The notes under the pieces were generated by a model, which had not been told where the DNA came from, did not search any database, and was given only the letters and a program-made list of their open reading frames with translations. From a virus (Duplodnaviria > Caudoviricetes), in IMG/VR virus record IMGVR_UViG_3300002307_002049, positions 1 through 29,844 of that record: DNA of 29,844 nucleotides. One strand, given 5' to 3'. Both the position numbers and the translations under genes were made by a program. Positions 8,329-17,124 of this stretch are shown here, in pieces (within the stretch, counting starts at the first letter, position 1; each line of letters begins with the position of its first letter).

Positions 8329-9033
8329 TTAAATATATTTGTTGTCAATAATATATTGTAACATAAAACGGTGAAAAATGCTATGGCCATCCTTGCCAAA
8401 ATGATATGAATTGGGTGCTACTGTTTCGATCTCTTTTGCCCGAACAACGGCATCATAGGTCAGGGCTGGATCGTAAGGACCAATGTAATCGGTGCCCCAT
8501 TTTTTCTGGTTGGTAATTCGGGCAAAATCTGTATTACCATTGACAAATATGTGACGAATCTTTTGTTTTTTGAGCTCTTGATGGAACTTCCAAATTTCAT
8601 CGTGTGCTTCTTGTGTTTTCTTTTTCCAATCTACCGCGGCCACAAATTCTTTGTATTGTTGTTGGTGACTTGCCGGAACTGTATCTATTCCGGAAGCATT
8701 AATTTGATAATAGGTTCCGTCAATCAGCCATTCTTCTCTTTCCCAAGTGCTCCACTGGACGATAACTAAAATATCTTGTACAGCATCAGCACGTTCGGCT
8801 AACCAAGCTCGTGTAGTACGCAAGATTCGGGCATTACTACTGGCACTTTCAGCATCAAGATGTAGTGCGGCATTCAGTGTACGACTTAATTGTCGTGCCC
8901 AGCTAACTGCAAGATTGTCTGGGTGAGGTCTGCGTCCAGAAAAGAAATGTGCTGGATCATCTTCAGCAAAAGCATGAACATTAACTGCCTCGGCCGCAGC
9001 AGCATGACTATCACCATTTACATACAAGATCAT
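8329..9033 (-). CDS. SGNH hydrolase-like protein
   Basis: YVNGDSH, SASSN and C-terminal YHFGKDGH. Confidence 0.55.
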   Translation of the reverse strand: MILYVNGDSHAAAAEAVNVHAFAEDDPAHFFSGRRPHPDNLAVSWARQLSRTLNAALHLDAESASSNARILRTTRAWLAERADAVQDILVIVQWSTWEREEWLIDGTYYQINASGIDTVPASHQQQYKEFVAAVDWKKKTQEAHDEIWKFHQELKKQKIRHIFVNGNTDFARITNQKKWGTDYIGPYDPALTYDAVVRAKEIETVAPNSYHFGKDGHSIFHRFMLQYIIDNKYI

Positions 9034-9434
9034 GACACTTCGCTACGTCCGTCACCAATGTCTTTGCTACGAATAATTCTGTTACCATTCATAGCTTGTT
9101 CCTGTTCCCAAGTCTCAAGGACAACATTACGACATACGTTTTGGAACCAACGATCAATAATGTCAACGTCGCTGTCTTCTTTTTTCATCATATAACCGTG
9201 TCTGACTAGATCGGCGATCATTTTTTCATTCCAGTCAAATTCAAAAGCACCAGCGTGTATATTTTCGGGATCTATGTCCATACTCACAATGTTAAAGTAA
9301 GGTTCTCCACGCTCTGTAGCCAACTCCTTGGCAGTTTTCTCTGGGGCCTTGGGTGCCCGAGGTTCCTTTGGCTTGGGAGTTTCTGTTATCCCGACCGTGG
9401 TTGGCTTCTTGCGAAAGCGATCAAATATTCCCAT
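9030..9434 (-). CDS. Hypothetical phage protein
   Basis: 134-aa ORF overlapping both neighbours. Confidence 0.7.
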   Translation of the reverse strand: MGIFDRFRKKPTTVGITETPKPKEPRAPKAPEKTAKELATERGEPYFNIVSMDIDPENIHAGAFEFDWNEKMIADLVRHGYMMKKEDSDVDIIDRWFQNVCRNVVLETWEQEQAMNGNRIIRSKDIGDGRSEVS

Positions 9435-10678
9435 TATAGGCTCGGCCTAGTATTACCGTATTGGATTATGCAAATATCCTTACGTGTAGTGGTAAGTTTA
9501 CGCCATGGATCAACAATTATGCTGCCAGCTTTGATATCGCAATAAGGTTGTGTATCCACTTGATCTCCGGTATACTCGTAAGTGATCTTACGGTTGTGTG
9601 CCCATAAAAATACTGCTGGAGTATCAATTGCGGACACCACATCGGCTGGATTGTCAGCTAAAGGATCCACATAAACCACTGCGTGTCCGGCTTCCTTGAC
9701 ATAGTGTCCAACTAAAGTGCTATAACTACCGATGCAATACTCAACATCGGGTTTGTAGGCCTTGCCGTGGATCACAATTGGCAAATTTAATAACTTAGCT
9801 TGTTCAACAAGATACATGGCCAAGTTTTTGGCCTGTAACTCTCGGGCATGCATGACTGTGTCAAACAGGTCGTAGCCAATATCGTATTCGTCAGCCAACC
9901 AACGTAGAGCAATATTGTCTCTAGGGTGGCAAGCACCTGCGTCGCCCATGCCGGCTGTCATGTACTTGGGTCCCATAATACGCATGGTACTACGGGCAAG
10001 AGCATTGGTAACTACGTCTACGTTGATATTGCCAATCTTCATGGCAAAATCTTGGATCATGTTTACTAGACCAACTTTGGCAGAAATAAATGTGTTATAG
10101 AAAATTTTAATTGCTTCACATTCGTCCCAGGTACCAATTTCGTAACGTGGGTCGTTGTTCATGATAGTTTTGTACAAGGCAATAAGCTCACCGGCAACAC
10201 CGGTCATCTCACCATCTTCGGTACCAATGATAACCATTTCTGGATTGGCCATATCCCATTTTACTGAACCCATGGCAATCAGGTAAGGATTGTATAAGAA
10301 TTGATGTTTACTATCTAATAAAGTAATAAACTTACGTCTTGTAGTTCCCGGTAACACTGTGCTAATTAATACTACTTTTTTGCTAGATGTAGCATGTGCG
10401 TTGACCTTGTTGATAGCGTCAATCACAGCCTCATGTCCAAAGTCTCGAGGTTCCATGTGGCTACTTGGAACAGATCCATCGTAACCTTGGGCATGTGGAG
10501 TTGGAACAGCAATAAAAATCCATTCACTTTCTGTGATTAATTCTGCAATATCGCAAACTCGTACGCTGTCGCTCGCCCGTGGAACAATGTCGTACCCACG
10601 TACTTCGTGTTTTTCTGCCATGACTTCGGCACAGTCTAAACCTAATTTCCCAATTCCGATGAATCCAATTTTTGCCAT
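9434..10678 (-). CDS. UDP-glucose/GDP-mannose dehydrogenase family protein
   Basis: GIGKLG Rossmann motif, AVPTP, STVLPGT, K..YN, catalytic GACHPRD and GKAYKP. Confidence 0.9.
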   Translation of the reverse strand: MAKIGFIGIGKLGLDCAEVMAEKHEVRGYDIVPRASDSVRVCDIAELITESEWIFIAVPTPHAQGYDGSVPSSHMEPRDFGHEAVIDAINKVNAHATSSKKVVLISTVLPGTTRRKFITLLDSKHQFLYNPYLIAMGSVKWDMANPEMVIIGTEDGEMTGVAGELIALYKTIMNNDPRYEIGTWDECEAIKIFYNTFISAKVGLVNMIQDFAMKIGNINVDVVTNALARSTMRIMGPKYMTAGMGDAGACHPRDNIALRWLADEYDIGYDLFDTVMHARELQAKNLAMYLVEQAKLLNLPIVIHGKAYKPDVEYCIGSYSTLVGHYVKEAGHAVVYVDPLADNPADVVSAIDTPAVFLWAHNRKITYEYTGDQVDTQPYCDIKAGSIIVDPWRKLTTTRKDICIIQYGNTRPSL

Positions 10679-10732
10679 TTTGTATCCTTAAAGTTATCTT
10701 GTCTATAATTTATGTGACTTTGCCGGGTCGAC

Positions 10733-11485
10733 CTAAATATTTTGATAGACTGGAATAGGATTCATTTTATGTAGGCTACGAGCACGGATTCGACGATATG
10801 TAATAACCCGATCATGTTCGGTTGCATTGGCAATAGGCAATTCATGATTATCCTGTCGCATGGCCAGTTCTAGATCACTATAGGTCAATCCACCCAGTTG
10901 ATCTTGATCAGTGCGCCCATCATCCCATAATCCGTCAGTTGGAGCGGCGTTTATGATATCTTCGAGTATGCCGAGTTCACGACCCAGTTGCCATACTTGA
11001 GATTTATATAAATCGCCAATTGGACTGATATCTACACCGCCATCACCGTATTTGGTATAAAATCCCACACCAAAGTCTTCTACTTTGTTGCCAGTACCAA
11101 CTACTAATCCCTGTGTACTTTGTGCGATCTGATACAAGGTAACCATACGCAACCGACTGCGACTATTGGCCATGCCTAGTAGATTATCGTATTGATTCAT
11201 ACGAGTTTCAAACACATCAAAAACCGGAGTCACATCAATGATCTCGTGGCGCACATTGTCAAAGTTCTGTGATAACCAAACACCTTGTTGCATACTGAGA
11301 TCATGCAGTTCAGGACGTTGACGTATGGGCATGGTCACTGCTATGGTGTTTAATCCTGTCCCGGCACACAAGGCGCTGACCACAGCCGAGTCAATTCCGC
11401 CCGAAATACCCACTACCAATGTAGTCATACCTGCGGATTCAGCATAGTCTCGGATCCAGGCACTTATTTTATCTTGTAAAGCCAT
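10733..11485 (-). CDS. nadE: NH3-dependent NAD+ synthetase (NadE family)
   Basis: SGGIDS PP-loop, NSRSRLRM, GTGNKVE, GFYTKYGDG and PTDGLW. Confidence 0.9.
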   Translation of the reverse strand: MALQDKISAWIRDYAESAGMTTLVVGISGGIDSAVVSALCAGTGLNTIAVTMPIRQRPELHDLSMQQGVWLSQNFDNVRHEIIDVTPVFDVFETRMNQYDNLLGMANSRSRLRMVTLYQIAQSTQGLVVGTGNKVEDFGVGFYTKYGDGGVDISPIGDLYKSQVWQLGRELGILEDIINAAPTDGLWDDGRTDQDQLGGLTYSDLELAMRQDNHELPIANATEHDRVITYRRIRARSLHKMNPIPVYQNI

Positions 11486-11486
11486 T

Positions 11487-11711
11487 TTATTTTCCTTTTA
11501 ATAACCATATCATGTGTTCAACACTGCTGTGATATCTGCGATAGTCACTTGTAACGTGTTGATATGCCCATTCCATCCATATCAACCGGCCACTTAGTTG
11601 ACACCGTCGGGGCCACCATAAGAATGTTACTTTCCACACAGGAGATTTGCGCCACATTTCCTCTGCCCACAAATCGTCCGTATACTTGTACAGCATTTTT
11701 GGCATTGGCAT
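11487..11711 (-). CDS. Hypothetical protein (Trp-rich)
   Basis: ATG overlaps the queE stop; fills the gap between queE and nadE. Confidence 0.5.
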   Translation of the reverse strand: MPMPKMLYKYTDDLWAEEMWRKSPVWKVTFLWWPRRCQLSGRLIWMEWAYQHVTSDYRRYHSSVEHMIWLLKGK

Positions 11712-12577
11712 CAGGTGCCCCACTCGTTGCGAAATAAGTCCACTTGTAATCTTGCACTGTATCTCCAACCACGCTTCATGGCCAATTCAGCCACTCTAGT
11801 GGTGTTTAAGAAATATACTTCACTGGTTCCACCCACAGGCATGATATAAACCGGACCTGTAAAGCCCGCCGCACGATATGCACCCACAGCACATTCTGCG
11901 TCAGCAACATCTTGTTCCGTTGCTACTACAAATTTTAAATAGGCTGTACCAACCTCTTCATATTCATTGACTACTTCTGGTTTAATAGCATCCGCCCACT
12001 GCTCACCACTGCACGGAAGTTTAGCACTTACACTGAATGTAAGTTCTCCGCAGTTACCATGTGGCCAGCGTTGCTGATTCCATGTCTTAAGATATTCTTT
12101 GAATTCTTTTGTTAGTTTTTGAGTACCATTCGTTTCAAATGTAATCTCTTTCAAACCTGCCATCTTAGGATGATTCAGCAAGTCTGCATAGGCCCGTTGC
12201 CATCCCAGTAAGGGTTCTCCACCGGTAATGACCAAGTGTTCATCCTGCCAAGCACCGTGTGGCAATATTTCCATAATACGATCTACAATAGCATCTGTGG
12301 TGAGCATGGGACTAAGATCTTTAAAGTCTGGATGCCAACTTGCATAACTATCACAGCCAGTGCTGACTAATGGCAAAGCTTCATATTTTGGATAAGGGTA
12401 CATCTCGTGTATTGATGCTAAGTCATCGGCTTCTGTGCTCAACATAGGACGTGGCATGCCAAACCCAGCACATTTAAAGTTACAACCGAAAGTTCTAAGG
12501 AACACACTGGGTACCCCCATATAACGACCTTCGCCTTGTATGCTATAAAACAGTTCTGCTATCTTAATCTTCGACAT
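11711..12577 (-). CDS. queE: 7-carboxy-7-deazaguanine synthase (radical SAM)
   Basis: ELFYSIQGEG..G.PSVFLRTFGCN, CDS, TGGEP, ETNGT, LKFVV and RLQ; folE and queD nearby. Confidence 0.9.
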   Translation of the reverse strand: MSKIKIAELFYSIQGEGRYMGVPSVFLRTFGCNFKCAGFGMPRPMLSTEADDLASIHEMYPYPKYEALPLVSTGCDSYASWHPDFKDLSPMLTTDAIVDRIMEILPHGAWQDEHLVITGGEPLLGWQRAYADLLNHPKMAGLKEITFETNGTQKLTKEFKEYLKTWNQQRWPHGNCGELTFSVSAKLPCSGEQWADAIKPEVVNEYEEVGTAYLKFVVATEQDVADAECAVGAYRAAGFTGPVYIMPVGGTSEVYFLNTTRVAELAMKRGWRYSARLQVDLFRNEWGT

Positions 12578-12605
12578 TACAATATTCCTTTAATTAATTT
12601 AGTGA

Positions 12606-13151
12606 TTATCGTGCCCACCAGTTTTCCCAAGGAAATTCAATCCAGGCATCATCGACAGCTTTGTTGATTGTGACAGCCGAATAGTTGATATCCATTTGAT
12701 TTTTGCTTACTTCGTTATCGTACAATACCGCAACTCGAACATTATGTCCCCAAATTTCATCAATCCAACGAGGATCATAAGGCAAACAACTTGACTGCCA
12801 ATCTTGTTTGATCCAGTTGAGTGTGGCACCACTATCATTGATGTCATCCACAATAAGTATACGCTTACGACCATCTCCTGATGCCATTGGATCATGTGCA
12901 GAATATCCAAACGCATCCTCGGCCATCCATAAGTTACTTTCTGGGCTCATTCCATCAACAGCATCACGCAGACTTACATCTAGTGAGTACATACGACAGC
13001 CAAGATACTGACTGATCAGATTGGCTGGAACAAGACCGCCGCGAGTGAGACCAACTACATAGTCGGGTTGCCAAGAATCCCGGTGTAGTTGACGTAATAT
13101 TTCTTGTACATGTGATTCAATATCTGTCCAACTTACCAGGATTTTTTTCAT
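12606..13151 (-). CDS. Type I purine phosphoribosyltransferase (Gpt/Hpt-like)
   Basis: GLTRGG, PRPP-binding ILIVDDINDSGAT and terminal WIEFPWE. Confidence 0.85.
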   Translation of the reverse strand: MKKILVSWTDIESHVQEILRQLHRDSWQPDYVVGLTRGGLVPANLISQYLGCRMYSLDVSLRDAVDGMSPESNLWMAEDAFGYSAHDPMASGDGRKRILIVDDINDSGATLNWIKQDWQSSCLPYDPRWIDEIWGHNVRVAVLYDNEVSKNQMDINYSAVTINKAVDDAWIEFPWENWWAR

Positions 13152-13930
13152 TTTCGTCGAGCTTTAACAAGTAAATGCCAACCCAAGTATTCTCTCACAG
13201 CTTCACGCATGGCATCTGGCATGGCTGCAAACCAGGGTTCTAATTCATACTCCCCTTGCTTGTACTTGTCTATATTATACATGAAACAGTGGTCTTGACG
13301 CAACCTTAATATTTCAAATGCATCGCCTAATATGCCGGCAATCTCTTCTTTTCCAAAACTTCTAGCATATGGACAGCCGGCCTGTGCTTCATACTGGTCC
13401 AGATTTTTATTGATCATGGCCTGTTTCCACGAATTCTTAGCATACACCATGAAACGGAATTCGCCACCTGGAGCCAATATGCTGTGTACGTTTTCGATGA
13501 TGCGATCCAAGGCCGGAAAATGATGTATCACACCATAACTGTAGACCAGGTCCATGGGCGGTAAATCCGCATACGAAGTTGGGTCACTGGCATCACCACA
13601 ACGGAATTCGCCTTCGAGACCTTCTACTTCAAAACGTTTGCGTGCCAGTTTAACACTTTCGTCACTGTAGTCTATGGCATGGTATTCAGCACCGTGTCGA
13701 GCAAATTCGGCCGCATCGGATCCAATTCCCGGTCCAATTTCCAACACACGCTTGCCGGCCCATAAATGGAATCCAGCAAATTCAGCTATGTGTGGTTCCA
13801 CACGATAACGGCGTGCGGATACCTGTTGGAAAAATTCCAAACTGCCGGGTTCGCTCTGTCCGTGTCTGATGTTACAGGGTTGGTTGTTCCAGTAACGCTT
13901 GATTTTGTCTTCTAAGGTTTCTATCATCAT
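13148..13930 (-). CDS. Class I SAM-dependent methyltransferase
   Basis: VLEIGPGIG, GDA, DLVYSYGVIHH and LAPGG. Confidence 0.88.
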   Translation of the reverse strand: MMIETLEDKIKRYWNNQPCNIRHGQSEPGSLEFFQQVSARRYRVEPHIAEFAGFHLWAGKRVLEIGPGIGSDAAEFARHGAEYHAIDYSDESVKLARKRFEVEGLEGEFRCGDASDPTSYADLPPMDLVYSYGVIHHFPALDRIIENVHSILAPGGEFRFMVYAKNSWKQAMINKNLDQYEAQAGCPYARSFGKEEIAGILGDAFEILRLRQDHCFMYNIDKYKQGEYELEPWFAAMPDAMREAVREYLGWHLLVKARRK

Positions 13931-14772
13931 ATTCTAATTGTGGTTCCAGGTACGTGATTGAACTGCACCATTTGTCGGTTGACATCGTTGATCTTGAGTT
14001 TGGCCCAAGGATCTTGCCGGTTAGCTTTGACATCTTCCCACCAAAGTGTGGATATGCCTTGGCTTCGCATATACTCTGCCAATTTTTCGCACTCGTCGAT
14101 CCTGAATGCGGTCCATCTTGGATTGTGGAAATCTCGCGGATCGCTGGGATTGCCTTCAAACATGATTCTGTTTTGGAAAGTGGCATCATCATTGTTGCCG
14201 GTAAGATCATGACGATCGTGCACCACATTGACCGGAATGCGTTCCCAGATGTCCAGCATGTAGGCCTGCTGGCTGAGCCAAGCATCCGAAATCTGATGTG
14301 GACTGAGATGCCCCATGTGATCCAACCAGGCTCGAGGTGCTATAGGGAATATGCTGTAAGGGTGATCGTTATGTGTATGTACAGCCAACAGCTTGAATTC
14401 ACCGGTGTGGCTTTCGATCACTCGATCCCAGCCCTGCGTTTCTACAAAAGCATCATCGTTCCAGAAAAACAACCAATCTGCGTCGGATGCTAGAGCCAAA
14501 GTGTTTACATACTCGTTGAGACGTGTGTAACCCAAGGGTTCAAAACTCATGGCAGTGTAATTGACGTCGCGTTCGTCCAACCAAGGTTGTAGTAATTCTT
14601 CAAAGGCCTTGATACCTTCCGCATCGTCTTCATCAAACCCCAGCATGAGCTGTATTCGATCTGGCCGGTCGGCCAATTCAAACAGGCTCTTGACACTGCG
14701 TTCTAGTGCGTCGGATCTACCTCGTGTGGGCAATAGCACTGCTATGCCAAATTCGTGCGTTTTATCTTTCAT
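13927..14772 (-). CDS. GT-A (family 2-like) glycosyltransferase
   Basis: Start trimmed to MKDKTH (GAGG RBS); IAVLLPTRGR, FDEDD and FWNDD motifs. Confidence 0.8.
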   Translation of the reverse strand: MKDKTHEFGIAVLLPTRGRSDALERSVKSLFELADRPDRIQLMLGFDEDDAEGIKAFEELLQPWLDERDVNYTAMSFEPLGYTRLNEYVNTLALASDADWLFFWNDDAFVETQGWDRVIESHTGEFKLLAVHTHNDHPYSIFPIAPRAWLDHMGHLSPHQISDAWLSQQAYMLDIWERIPVNVVHDRHDLTGNNDDATFQNRIMFEGNPSDPRDFHNPRWTAFRIDECEKLAEYMRSQGISTLWWEDVKANRQDPWAKLKINDVNRQMVQFNHVPGTTIRI

Positions 14773-14830
14773 TTTTTCCTCGTGGATCATTGAATGATAT
14801 TTACTGCGCCGGCACCACCGGCGCAATATT

Positions 14831-15382
14831 TCACGCGAATAGGTCTTCGTTCCACTCTCTATGACCTTCTCGGAAAGCCATGTTGCTTTGTGTTTCACGC
14901 ACTTCCACACGATAGCACCATAGGCGTTCTGCTTCTCCTGGCCCCCATAGTTCTGGAATGTAAACACCATTGACATACCGGTACAGCATGTCGCTTAAAC
15001 CTTCACAGCCTAATCTAGGTAAGACTACAATCTTGGCCATTTTGCGTTCTTGTAACAGTTGGAATGTGGCCATTTCTGGATCATCGTGTGCTACAATAAG
15101 TGTATGGTCAAATTGGTCTTCCAAGGTCTTTTTAAGTTCTTTGAGACCACCATAGTCAGCGGCCCAGTTACGAACATCTAGGTCGTTGGTGCCAAAGTAA
15201 AATTTCATACTAAAACTATAACCGTGTATCAAGTTACAATGGCTATCCGCACGCCACTGACGATAAGCACACGGAAATGCATCGTGGTATTCTTTGGTAC
15301 TGGTGTATTTGTAGACTACGGGTCTAGTGTTTGGGAAGTTGTCTTCCATGTGATCGATTAGGTCTTGTGTTGATGATTTCAT
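14831..15382 (-). CDS. queD: 6-carboxy-5,6,7,8-tetrahydropterin synthase
   Basis: CNLIHGY, DYGGLK, FDH, E and VEVRET motifs. Confidence 0.88.
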   Translation of the reverse strand: MKSSTQDLIDHMEDNFPNTRPVVYKYTSTKEYHDAFPCAYRQWRADSHCNLIHGYSFSMKFYFGTNDLDVRNWAADYGGLKELKKTLEDQFDHTLIVAHDDPEMATFQLLQERKMAKIVVLPRLGCEGLSDMLYRYVNGVYIPELWGPGEAERLWCYRVEVRETQSNMAFREGHREWNEDLFA

Positions 15383-15463
15383 GCTTGTTCTCCTATGTTA
15401 AATTTTAGCATAGGCTTGCAGAGTTTGTATACCGGGATGAATGCCAAAAAGGCCGGTGGACTA

Positions 15464-15955
15464 CTATTTAGTGCTGGTTAAATTTGTTGTTTGGTTTTTG
15501 GCCAATTCGGCCTGCGCCACACGTTTCCTAAGGCTCGAACTTGAGAAGCTATGGTCACGTTCGTTAAACACAATTTCGATACCACGTTTTCCACAGGCCT
15601 CATCACCGGTAAATTCTTTACCTTCGTATTCGACACCTAATATTCGAATATCAATGGGCAAGATCAACAACAAGTCAACAAGATCTTGTTCGGTTTGATA
15701 AACAACAACTTCATCTACATATCTACAAGCAGCCAATTGTATCTGTCGTTCTACAATGCTCTGCACTGGTTTATTTTTGATGCCAGGCCTATCAATGGTG
15801 GGATCGGTTTGCAGGCCAGCAATTAAGTAATCACAGTGATTTTTGGCATCGGTTAGCATAGCCACGTGGCCACTATGAAAAAGGTCAAAAGTTGAAAAAG
15901 TGATTCCAATTTTTTTGCCTTGTTCTTTTAACTGTTTAATATGATTAAAAATCAT
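15464..15955 (-). CDS. Cytidylyltransferase (glycerol-3-phosphate CTase/TagD-like)
   Basis: TFDLFHSGH (HxGH), ER...YVDEV and SSSSLR. Confidence 0.85.
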   Translation of the reverse strand: MIFNHIKQLKEQGKKIGITFSTFDLFHSGHVAMLTDAKNHCDYLIAGLQTDPTIDRPGIKNKPVQSIVERQIQLAACRYVDEVVVYQTEQDLVDLLLILPIDIRILGVEYEGKEFTGDEACGKRGIEIVFNERDHSFSSSSLRKRVAQAELAKNQTTNLTSTK

Positions 15956-16356
15956 CGTGTAGGGTCCCGGTATGAATCTGTTCGATAATTACCTTGTCCA
16001 GGTATGGTATTTCTTACTCCGCCTACAGGATCCTCAACATCACCTGCTTGCCTTGGAATAAGATGTATGTGTGGCCAGTTGACTGTTTGACCTGCGGCAG
16101 AACCGTAGTTCATGCCAATGTTGAAACCGGCCCATTCTCCTGCGTCCACCTTACGCTTGCCAAATCTCACAGCATCTTCAAAAGCATCACTCAACACACC
16201 GATGGTGTTGTGTTTGGGCACAAACAACAGGTGTCCAGGAGTGCAAGGATACCGGTCATGGTACACAGCCACATGGAAGTCTTCACGTAAAACCGAATCC
16301 CATGGCGCTGTGCTTTGTTCTATATCATCGGGTATGTCATTGTAGATCTTATTCAT
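15952..16356 (-). CDS. HIT family nucleotide hydrolase
   Basis: PGHLLFVPK, GFNIGMN.G.AAGQTV..PHIHLIPR. Confidence 0.85.
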   Translation of the reverse strand: MNKIYNDIPDDIEQSTAPWDSVLREDFHVAVYHDRYPCTPGHLLFVPKHNTIGVLSDAFEDAVRFGKRKVDAGEWAGFNIGMNYGSAAGQTVNWPHIHLIPRQAGDVEDPVGGVRNTIPGQGNYRTDSYRDPTR

Positions 16357-16696
16357 GTTGATCCTGGTCCACAAGTGCAATCATTATGCCAAGTTTTTGT
16401 TGCAGGTCTTGAATGCCCGGATGCTGTTTGGCCAGTTTTTTGATGCGGAGGTCTTGTTGTCGTTTGTCTCGGGCCCAGTCTAACAGTTCAACTGCTTCTT
16501 GATCTAGCCCTACACTGACATATTGCATGTCCAATTCTTTCCAAATGTTTCCGTCCCATATTTCTATACGCTGGTCAACTGTGTTAAATCTCATATTGCC
16601 AACACCTTGAGCACCGGAGCAGTTGTTGATGTAGGTGCCAGGCTGGTTGCTACTTACACGGAGATAGCGACTGTTTGAATTTATGCTTTTGATCAT
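16349..16696 (-). CDS. Hypothetical phage protein
   Basis: 115-aa ORF; its ATG overlaps the stop of the stranded folE tail. Confidence 0.7.
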   Translation of the reverse strand: MIKSINSNSRYLRVSSNQPGTYINNCSGAQGVGNMRFNTVDQRIEIWDGNIWKELDMQYVSVGLDQEAVELLDWARDKRQQDLRIKKLAKQHPGIQDLQQKLGIMIALVDQDQHE

Positions 16697-16794
16697 CTTG
16701 GGGCAAATTCCTGTTGCAGTTTGATATTGTCCATAAACTCTTTTTTGGTTCCTGGGTCGTCTTTAAAAGCACCCTTAAGTACTGTGGTTTTCAT
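16693..16794 (-). pseudogene. Stranded duplicate of the folE C-terminus (33-aa mini-ORF)
   Basis: MKTTVLKGAFKDDPGTKKEFMDNIKLQQEFAPR* aligns with the folE end TTVLKGAFLTDPATKKEFFDSLSLQ (18/25 identical). Confidence 0.85.
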
Positions 16795-17009
16795 TCTTCA
16801 ACTCCGAAATGTTGTTTAATCTGTCTAATCTTATCTTTTAATACTTCAGGACCTTCGCCCATATATCTACTTTTTGGTTCTAAAATTCCGATACATTCCC
16901 TAACAATCAACTCGGCGAACTTTTCAATAATCCAATATTCCGTTTCATCAGATAAATCTAACTTATAGATTCCAGCCTGTTCAGCAAGTTGTTTAATCTT
17001 AGCGTTCAT
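16791..17009 (-). CDS. Small hypothetical phage protein (passenger of the HNH cassette)
   Basis: MNAKIKQLAEQAG...KFAELIVREC...IKQHFGVEE, directly behind a sigma70 promoter. Confidence 0.7.
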   Translation of the reverse strand: MNAKIKQLAEQAGIYKLDLSDETEYWIIEKFAELIVRECIGILEPKSRYMGEGPEVLKDKIRQIKQHFGVEE

Positions 17010-17015
17010 ACTGTT

Positions 17016-17044
17016 AGTATACAGGTTTAATAAAATAAAATCAA
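17016..17044 (-). promoter_or_regulatory. Sigma70-type promoter, probably leaderless
   Basis: TTGATT-17 nt-TATACT, ending 6 nt before ATG 17009. Confidence 0.65.
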
Positions 17045-17124
17045 GCAATATGGTAAATAAAAGTGCCGATCGCGATACTGGAAATATCCATCGGCTCTAA
17101 GGTTCGAGAAAGGAACATCAGCTA

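Noticed and set aside
14773-14976. N-terminal extension of the GT-A ORF
   Set aside because: It overlaps queD; a better start with a GAGG RBS exists at 14772.
15383-15464. preQ1 riboswitch upstream of queD
   Set aside because: No recognisable preQ1 loop motif or A-rich tail; kept only as an unclassified structured leader.
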